The notes under the pieces were generated by a model. The model was not told the DNA's origin. It was given only the letters and a program-made list of their open reading frames with translations, and did no database searches. DNA of 64,000 bases from Thermoanaerobaculia bacterium. GTDB taxonomy: Bacteria > Acidobacteriota > Thermoanaerobaculia > Gp7-AA8. Numbering within the stretch: position 1 is the stretch's first letter; each line of letters begins with the position of its first letter. The stretch is from the NCBI GenBank assembly GCA_035569395.1, contig DATMNC010000088.1:69603-133602 (forward strand), read 5' to 3'. Shown here piece by piece: positions 55,063-64,000 of this stretch. The position numbers and the translations under genes are program-made.

Positions 55063-56775
55063 ATGCGCTGGAGCCAATACTTCATCAATACGTTGCGCGA
55101 AGTTCCCGCCGACGCCGACGTCATCAGTCAGAAACTGATGATGCGCGCCGGCATGATCCGCAAGGTCGCGGCCGGCATCTACACGTACCTGCCCCTCGGC
55201 CTTCGCTCGATGCAGAAACTCGAAGCGATCGTGCGCGAGGAGATGGGCCGCGCCGGGGCGGTCGAGTTGTCGATGCCGACGATCCAGCCGGCAGAACTGT
55301 GGATGGAATCGAAGCGCTGGGAGCGCTACGGCAGGGAGTTGCTGCGCGTCAAAGACCGGCATGAGCGCGACTTTGTCTACGCCCCAACCGCCGAGGAAGT
55401 CATCACCGACACCGTCCGCGACGCCATCAACTCCTATCGCCTCCTGCCTGTGAATCTCTATCAGATCCAGACGAAGTTCCGCGACGAAGTGCGGCCGCGC
55501 TTCGGCCTCATGCGCGGGCGCGAGTTCGTCATGAAGGATGCCTACTCGTTCCACGCCACGCGCGAGTCGCTCGATGAGACGTACGAGAAGATGCGTGTGG
55601 CCTACACCGCTATTTTCAACCGCTGCGCGCTCGAGCACGTCGCGGTCGACGCCGATACCGGCAACATCGGCGGCTCCGCGTCACACGAGTTCATGGTGCT
55701 GGCGCAGTCGGGCGAGGACGCCGTGGTGTCGTGCCCGAACTGCAGCTACGGCGCGAACATCGAGAAGGCGACGTCGAAGTTCTTTCTCGACGAGATCGAA
55801 CCTGCATTGATGACCGAGCTCGCGCCGATCCACACGCCGGGCACACAGTCGATCGACGATGTTGGCAAGTTCCTCGGCAAACCGACCTCGGAGTTGGTCA
55901 AGACACTCGTCTTCGATACGGACGACGGCTGCGTGATGGTGCTCGTACGCGGCGACCGCGAAGGGAACGAGGTCAAGATCAAGAACCACCTCGGCGCGCA
56001 GTTCCTGGAGATGATGCCGGACACCCGTTTCGAAGACGCTACCGGCGGTCCGGTCGGTTACTGCGGTCCTGTCGGCACGAAGGCCAAGCGCGTTCTCGCC
56101 GATATCTCGCTCAAGGGACAGGTGAACTGGGTCGTCGGCGGCAACAAGCGCGACACGCATCTCACCGGAGCGAATCCCGGCCGCGATTTCCCGGAGCCGG
56201 AGTATGGCGATTTCACCACCGTCTTCGCCGGTGACCCCTGCCCGCGCTGCGCGACAAGTCTTCAAATCCACCGCGGCATCGAAGTCGGCCACGTCTTCAA
56301 GCTCGGAACGAAATACTCAGACCCGATGAATTGCACGTTTCTCGATGAGAAGGGATCCCGCCAGCCGATGATCATGGGCTGCTACGGCCTCGGCATCGGA
56401 CGCACCGTCGCCGCCGCAATCGAGCAGAGCCATGACGACGACGGCATCATCTGGCCGATGCCGATCGCGCCGTTCGAGGTCGTTGTGACACAGATCGGGA
56501 AGGAAGAGATCGTCCGCACAACCGCCGACGACATCTACCGGCAGCTACGCGACGCCGGCATCGACGCAATCCTCGACGATCGCGACGAACGCCCGGGCGT
56601 AAAGTTCAAGGACGCCGACCTGATCGGCTTCCCCCTCCGTATCGGCATCGGCGCCAAGAGCCTCGCCAACGGCCAGATCGAGTGGAGCTTTCGCAAGGAT
56701 CGAGCGAAACAGCTCGGTGCGGCAGCGGAAGTAGTTGCGCGGGTGATCGACGAAGTGCGCAAGGCACGGGTGTAG
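55063..56775 (+). CDS. proS: Proline--tRNA ligase (bacterial type with editing domain)
   Basis: MRWSQYFINTLREVPADAD start, class II motifs, about 570 aa. Confidence 0.9.
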   Translation: MRWSQYFINTLREVPADADVISQKLMMRAGMIRKVAAGIYTYLPLGLRSMQKLEAIVREEMGRAGAVELSMPTIQPAELWMESKRWERYGRELLRVKDRHERDFVYAPTAEEVITDTVRDAINSYRLLPVNLYQIQTKFRDEVRPRFGLMRGREFVMKDAYSFHATRESLDETYEKMRVAYTAIFNRCALEHVAVDADTGNIGGSASHEFMVLAQSGEDAVVSCPNCSYGANIEKATSKFFLDEIEPALMTELAPIHTPGTQSIDDVGKFLGKPTSELVKTLVFDTDDGCVMVLVRGDREGNEVKIKNHLGAQFLEMMPDTRFEDATGGPVGYCGPVGTKAKRVLADISLKGQVNWVVGGNKRDTHLTGANPGRDFPEPEYGDFTTVFAGDPCPRCATSLQIHRGIEVGHVFKLGTKYSDPMNCTFLDEKGSRQPMIMGCYGLGIGRTVAAAIEQSHDDDGIIWPMPIAPFEVVVTQIGKEEIVRTTADDIYRQLRDAGIDAILDDRDERPGVKFKDADLIGFPLRIGIGAKSLANGQIEWSFRKDRAKQLGAAAEVVARVIDEVRKARV

Positions 56776-56821
56776 TGTCCGGGGGCTCCCCCCCCCCCAC
56801 GAACACCACACCTTCATAGCC

Positions 56822-59215
<2,394 letters not shown>

Positions 59216-59346
59216 TTGTTTTCTTTAGGATCCTTGGGTTACTGAGTTGCTGATGTTGCTGAGTTGCTAAACAAGGCACTGATTGGCTGAGCAACCGATG
59301 AAACCCAGCAACCCAGCAACCCTGAAACTCAGCAACCCCTAAACCG
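59216..59346. repeat. Family-1 hairpin (GGGTTACTGAGTTGCTGATGTTGCTGAGTTGCT ... AGCAACCGATGAAACCCAGCAACCCAGCAACCCTGAAACTCAGCAACC)
   Basis: Inverted GTTGCT/AGCAAC arms between lon and clpX. Confidence 0.7.
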
Positions 59347-60597
59347 CTATCCCGCTTTCCGGTACATCGTGATCGGCTGGCTGCGGTTGATGACGACCTC
59401 ACGGGTGATGACACATTCGCTGATCGCGTCCTGCGACGGGATCGTGTACATGATCTCGAGCATCAACTCTTCGATGATGATCTTGAGGCCGCGTGCGCCG
59501 ACGTTGCGCTTCAGCGCTTCCTCGGCTATGGCTTCGAGGGCGTCGTCGTGGAACTTGAGCGTCACGTTCTCGAAACCCATGATGGTCTGGTACTGACGAA
59601 CGAGCGAGTTCTTCGGCTCGCGCAGAATCTCGATCAGCGTGCCTTTGTCGAGCTCATTGAGCGTGGCCACGACCGGCAGGCGTCCGACAAACTCGGGGAT
59701 CAGGCCGAACTTGATGAGGTCCTCGGGATGAACCTGCGCCAGCAACTCGCCGGTGCGCTTCTCTTTCTTCGTAGCGATCTTCGCGCCGAAACCCATCGAG
59801 GTCGATGACAGCCGCCTTTCGATGACGTTCTCAAGCCCGACGAATGCGCCGCCGCAGATGAAGAGGATGTTCGTCGTATCGATCTGGATGAATTCCTGGT
59901 GCGGATGCTTCCGTCCACCCTGCGGCGGAACGTTGGCAACTGTTCCTTCGAGGATCTTGAGAAGCGCCTGCTGGACGCCTTCGCCGCTCACGTCGCGCGT
60001 GATCGAGGGGTTGTCGCCTTTGCGGCAGATCTTGTCGACCTCGTCGATGTAGACGATGCCGCGCTGGGTCTTGTCTTTGTCGTTGCCGGCGGCCTGGTAG
60101 AGCTTGAGGATGATGTTCTCGACGTCCTCGCCAACGTAGCCGGCCTCGGTGAGGGTGGTGGCATCGACGATGGTGAAGGGAACGCTGAGCATGCGCGCCA
60201 GCGTCTGCGCCAGAAGGGTCTTGCCGGTCCCGGTCGGCCCAATGAGGAGGATGTTCGACTTCTGCAGCTCGACGTCCTGCCGGTTGTTGCGCGTGTGATA
60301 GTCGATGCGCTTGTAGTGGTTGTAGACGGCCACGGCCAGCTTCTTCTTGGCGCGTTCCTGGCCGATGACGTAGAGGTCGAGGAACTCTTTGATCTCTTTC
60401 GGTTTCGGCAACTGGCCGGAACCTTCCATCGTACCCGGCTCGTCTTTGCGATCTTCAGCAATGATGTCGAGACAGATGTCGACGCACTCGTCACAGATGT
60501 AGACGGTCGGGCCCGCGATCAGCTTCTTGACGTCGCGCTGGCTCTTGTTACAGAAACTGCAACGGAGGACGTCGCCGCTGTTCCCCTTCTTCGACAT
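59347..60597 (-). CDS. clpX: ATP-dependent Clp protease ATP-binding subunit ClpX
   Basis: Zinc-finger CSFCNKS...CDEC and Walker A GPTGTGKT. Confidence 0.95.
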   Translation of the reverse strand: MSKKGNSGDVLRCSFCNKSQRDVKKLIAGPTVYICDECVDICLDIIAEDRKDEPGTMEGSGQLPKPKEIKEFLDLYVIGQERAKKKLAVAVYNHYKRIDYHTRNNRQDVELQKSNILLIGPTGTGKTLLAQTLARMLSVPFTIVDATTLTEAGYVGEDVENIILKLYQAAGNDKDKTQRGIVYIDEVDKICRKGDNPSITRDVSGEGVQQALLKILEGTVANVPPQGGRKHPHQEFIQIDTTNILFICGGAFVGLENVIERRLSSTSMGFGAKIATKKEKRTGELLAQVHPEDLIKFGLIPEFVGRLPVVATLNELDKGTLIEILREPKNSLVRQYQTIMGFENVTLKFHDDALEAIAEEALKRNVGARGLKIIIEELMLEIMYTIPSQDAISECVITREVVINRSQPITMYRKAG

Positions 60598-60713
60598 GGG
60601 TGGCTTGGATCCTTTACGAGGTCGTTAGATTCTACGCCGCGCTTTCGTGAACGTGAAGCCGTCGCGAGAGCATTCCTATACTTTCCGTAACAAACTCTTA
60701 TTTCACGTCTTAC

Positions 60714-61301
60714 TCACTCCCGTTTTGCGATGACCTGATCGACCAGACCGTATTCGACCGCTTCCGGAGCCTGCAGGATGTAGTCGCGGTCGGTGTCGCG
60801 ATCGACCTTCTCGAACGGCTGGCCGGTGTGGTTGGCCAGGATCTGACTCATCCGCGCTTTCATCCTCATGATGTCCTTGGCGTGGATGTCGATCTCCGAC
60901 GCCTGCCCGCCGAGCCCATGCATGAGCGGCTGGTGGATTAGGACGCGCGAGTTCGGCAATGCGAAACGCTTCCCCTTCTTTCCCGCCGCGAGCAGGACCG
61001 CCGCCATCGACGCCGCCTGGCCGATGCAGATGGTCTGGATGTCGGGCTTCACGTACTGCATCGTGTCGTAGATCGCCAGACCGGCGGTGATCGAGCCGCC
61101 TGGCGAGTTGATGTAGACCGAGATGTCCTTCTCCGGGTTCTCCGCTTCGAGGAAGAGGAGCTGGGCAATGATCAGGTTCGAGACGGTGTCGTCGATCGTC
61201 TGACCGAGAAAAACCACGTTGTCTTTCAAAAGGCGGGAGTAGATGTCGTAGGCGCGCTCGCCGCGACTCGTCTGCTCGACCACCATGGGGATGAGAACCA
61301 T
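60714..61301 (-). CDS. clpP: ATP-dependent Clp protease proteolytic subunit
   Basis: Catalytic triad context GQAASMAA...H...D. Confidence 0.95.
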   Translation of the reverse strand: MVLIPMVVEQTSRGERAYDIYSRLLKDNVVFLGQTIDDTVSNLIIAQLLFLEAENPEKDISVYINSPGGSITAGLAIYDTMQYVKPDIQTICIGQAASMAAVLLAAGKKGKRFALPNSRVLIHQPLMHGLGGQASEIDIHAKDIMRMKARMSQILANHTGQPFEKVDRDTDRDYILQAPEAVEYGLVDQVIAKRE

Positions 61302-61387
61302 TCGGTTATGTCTCCTGGAGCCGCTTCAATGCCCGGAGTCTAGCGCCTAATTCCTCGGCGCATCCTGACCGTTTGGGTAGGGATTTT

Positions 61388-62251
61388 TCACGGCGCGACG
61401 ATGCGCAGCCGTTCACGCGCCAGCGAGAACTCCACCGGCGTCTCCGTGATGCGCTCGCCATCGGCGTAGACGTCCATCGGCCGCTCGGACGCAAATGTGA
61501 ATGACGTTCCATGGCCGGTCTCGACAAACGGGCTCTTCACATGCGCTCCGGTGTAGGCCCGGGGCAGGGTCTTCAGGAGTTGGAAACGGGACGTCCGATG
61601 GACGACGCAGAGGTTGAGTCGGCCATCATCGATCAGCGCCTCCGGCACGATGCGGATGCCACCGCCGTATTGCCGCGAGTTGCCGACCGTCGCGAACATG
61701 ATCTCTTCGTTGCGAACACCGTCGATCGTTACGCGGTGCGGCGTAAACCGAGGGAGGACCCGAAGGATGGCGTAGAGATAGACGAGCGAGCCCCGAAGAA
61801 ATTTGACGTTGTCGTTCGCATAGCGCGCGACCTCGGAATCGAACCCGAGTCCAGCGACACCGAGGTAGCGGATCCCGTTGGCAACCGCGACGTCGACTTC
61901 GCGCGCCGTCCCACGCAAGGCCAGCTCGCAAGCGTCGCCGAGATTGCGAGGGAGGCCGAGGACCTTGGCGAAGTCATCGCCGGAACCCTGCGGAACGAGC
62001 GACAGCGTACCGCCGGCCAGATCAAACTCACGGACCGCAAGGTGGAGCGTCCCGTCTCCGCCGGAGACGATGACGCGGTCATAGCCGCCTCGCGACGCCT
62101 CGGCTGCCGCCCGCGTCAGATCCGCCGGACTACTGCTGGCGTGCGCATCGACGTCGGCCCCAAGCGCGCGCAGATGCCGCTCCGCCTCGGCATGATGCCG
62201 CGACGCGCGCCCCCGCCCCGCGGCGGGGTTGTAGATGAATTTGACTCTCAC
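61388..62251 (-). CDS. Diacylglycerol kinase catalytic-domain family lipid kinase (YegS/DagK-like)
   Basis: VIVSGGDGTL motif. Confidence 0.8.
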   Translation of the reverse strand: MRVKFIYNPAAGRGRASRHHAEAERHLRALGADVDAHASSSPADLTRAAAEASRGGYDRVIVSGGDGTLHLAVREFDLAGGTLSLVPQGSGDDFAKVLGLPRNLGDACELALRGTAREVDVAVANGIRYLGVAGLGFDSEVARYANDNVKFLRGSLVYLYAILRVLPRFTPHRVTIDGVRNEEIMFATVGNSRQYGGGIRIVPEALIDDGRLNLCVVHRTSRFQLLKTLPRAYTGAHVKSPFVETGHGTSFTFASERPMDVYADGERITETPVEFSLARERLRIVAP

Positions 62252-62367
62252 GGATAGGCGTCAGTGTAGCCAATTCTGCTGGGTACGGATTAACGGAACA
62301 CCGAGGTATCCTCGGGAACGGACGCAGTTCAGACCGCGCGGCGAGGTACGCGCACCAGATATTCAGC

Positions 62368-63177
62368 ATGAGCAAACCGAAAGATCCTGTTGATGAGGAT
62401 GACGACATTCTGCCCGAGTACGACTTCAGCAACGGCGTTCGTGGCAAGTACTACAAGCCTGGAAGATCTCCAATCCGGGTGACGATCGAGAACGATGTAG
62501 CTCGCTACTACTCGTCGCCAGAGCTCGTCAATGCTGCCCTCCGCGAGCTGATCACCGAAGGCCGCGCGCCGGCCCGCTCGGCCCACGACGCGACGCTGCG
62601 GATTTCGTGGGATCCCGTCAAGGCGGTGGAGAACTTCAAGAAACACGGCGTATCTTTTGACGAGGCGCGAGAGATATTCAAGGACCCGTTCCGGGCGACC
62701 GAGGACGATGTCACCCACTCAGACCACGAAGATCGATACATCAGTTTCGGCTCGACCGCGTCTGGCCGGGTGTTGTTTGTTTGCTACACGTTGCGAGATG
62801 TGGGCGTGCATCTGATCAGCGCACGTCTGGCAACAAGGTCTGAAAGGAGATCGTACATGGACGAAGATCAGATGATTTATGACGAGCCGATCGAACGCGT
62901 CGATGACGAAGCCAAGCACTTCGATTGGAGTAAAGCCGTGCGCGGTCTCCACTACATTCCGTGGGTGAAAGGCACGGCAATTCTGGACGAGGACGTCTAC
63001 AGCATCTTCCGCACATCGGAAGAGGTGAACAACGCGCTTCGGTTGCTCATACAAGAAGGCCGGATTCCGCACTTTCCTCTCCAACGAGCAGAGGGACGCC
63101 AGACAAAAGACGTCAAGGAAGAATTAGCGTCCCCTCCCGCCCGGCCAGCGCGTCGCGGAGGTGCTCGACGTCGGTGA
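62368..63177 (+). CDS. Single-polypeptide fusion: BrnA-like (DUF4415) domain, then BrnT-family (DUF497) toxin domain, then a second BrnA-like domain
   Basis: aa about 15-65: EYDFSNGVRGKYY...VTIENDVARYY...VNAALRELI. aa about 75-170: WDPVKAVENFKKHGVSFDEAREIFKDP...RYISFG...RVLFVCYTLR...HLISARLATRSERRSY. aa about 180-250: HFDWSKAVRGLHY...AILDEDVYSIFRT...VNNALRLLI. Confidence 0.6.
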   Translation: MSKPKDPVDEDDDILPEYDFSNGVRGKYYKPGRSPIRVTIENDVARYYSSPELVNAALRELITEGRAPARSAHDATLRISWDPVKAVENFKKHGVSFDEAREIFKDPFRATEDDVTHSDHEDRYISFGSTASGRVLFVCYTLRDVGVHLISARLATRSERRSYMDEDQMIYDEPIERVDDEAKHFDWSKAVRGLHYIPWVKGTAILDEDVYSIFRTSEEVNNALRLLIQEGRIPHFPLQRAEGRQTKDVKEELASPPARPARRGGARRR

Positions 63178-64000
63178 TCAGAACCTGCTTGCCGCCGCGG
63201 GTGACGAACTGGATGGCGGCTTCGATCTTCGGGCCCATCGATCCGGCGGGAAACTGTCCCTCGGCCAGATGACGCTGCGCCTCGGCGACGGTGAGGCGGT
63301 CGACCGTTCTCTGTGACGGTTTCTCGAAATCAAGGGCCACCTTCGCTACCCCCGTGAGGACGACATACAGCTCGGCCTTCAGTTCCGAGGCCAGGAGCGA
63401 CGATGAGAAGTCCTTGTCGATTACCGCTTCGACCCCTCGCCACTGGCTGTCGCGGCCGCGGACGACCGGGATGCCGCCACCGCCCGCGGCGATCACCACC
63501 GCGGCGCTTTCGAGCATGTGCACGATCGTCTCGATGTTCAGGATGCGCAGAGGGCGCGGCGAGGGAACGACATGGCGCCATCCGCGTCCCGCATCCTCGC
63601 GCATCGTCCACCCGAGGTCGCGCTCGAGCGCCTCGGCGCGATAGCGGGTGAAAAACGGGCCGATCGGTTTGGTCGGCCGCTTGAACGCGGGATCGGCTGG
63701 ATCGACCTCCACCTCCGTCAGAATCGTAGCAACGTCGCCGCCGATGCCGATGCTGTCGAGCCGGTTGCGAATGGCCTGTTGCAGCAAAAAGCCCATCGAC
63801 CCCTCAGTCTGCGCCACGCAGACGTCGAGCGACTGCGGCGGGATCTTCGTCGACGCTTCTTCCGCCTGCACCAGGATGTTGCCAACCTGTGGCCCGTTGC
63901 CGTGGACAACGATCAGTTTGTAGCCGTGGCGGACGATCTCGGCCAGCCAGCGCGCGGCCTGCCTGGCGCGGGCAATCTGTTCTTCCTGCGTACCGCGGTC
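63113..64000 (-). CDS. arcC: Carbamate kinase (C-terminal about 295 aa; N-terminus beyond the window end)
   Basis: Manual translation of 64000-63872 continues the ORF (...IVRHGYKLIVVHGNGPQVGN). HGNGPQVG is the carbamate kinase signature. Confidence 0.8.
   Translation of the reverse strand, partial: DRGTQEEQIARARQAARWLAEIVRHGYKLIVVHGNGPQVGNILVQAEEASTKIPPQSLDVCVAQTEGSMGFLLQQAIRNRLDSIGIGGDVATILTEVEVDPADPAFKRPTKPIGPFFTRYRAEALERDLGWTMREDAGRGWRHVVPSPRPLRILNIETIVHMLESAAVVIAAGGGGIPVVRGRDSQWRGVEAVIDKDFSSSLLASELKAELYVVLTGVAKVALDFEKPSQRTVDRLTVAEAQRHLAEGQFPAGSMGPKIEAAIQFVTRGGKQVLITDVEHLRDALAGREGTLILP

Noticed and set aside
61302-62251. Expected trigger factor (tig) upstream of clpP
   Set aside because: It is not present. 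The upstream gene is a DagK-family lipid kinase, so tig is evidently elsewhere.

Overview
High-GC (about 62-65%) bacterial chromosomal segment that is densely coding, with about 64 supportable CDS and no rRNA, tRNA, CRISPR, transposase or integrase that I can recognise by eye. Most of it is housekeeping. Heme genes: cobA (partial), hemC, hemA and a CcsA-like protein. Translation and tRNA genes: hflX, valS, tsaD, mnmA, proS. Cell wall: ddl, a VanX-type dipeptidase, glmS. Proteolysis: lon, clpX, clpP. Others: purE, lexA, cspA, a CDF metal exporter, hbd, and a carbamate kinase running off the 3' edge. Accessory content worth attention: (i) an uninterrupted array of about 16 direct 21-bp tandem repeats in the convergent gap between ogt and mnmA; (ii) one ORF that reads as a BrnA-like / BrnT toxin / BrnA-like tripartite fusion; (iii) a contiguous SAM-methyltransferase-bshC-bshB-bshA block that may make N-methyl-bacillithiol; (iv) at least three families of hairpin-forming repeats built on a GGTTGC/GCAACC core that fill 14 of the intergenic gaps; (v) an orphan MglA-family GTPase with a long acidic C-terminal extension; (vi) a LigB-type dioxygenase fused to RidA, next to kynurenine formamidase, a KDPG-type aldolase and a nearby aldehyde dehydrogenase; (vii) two ECF sigma/anti-sigma modules, one bracketed by two Spy/CpxP-like LTXXQ proteins and one followed by a DUF4097 protein; (viii) a zinc-ribbon plus GHKL ATPase protein with a degenerate His box. 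All functional calls come from motif recognition by eye; I ran no database searches.
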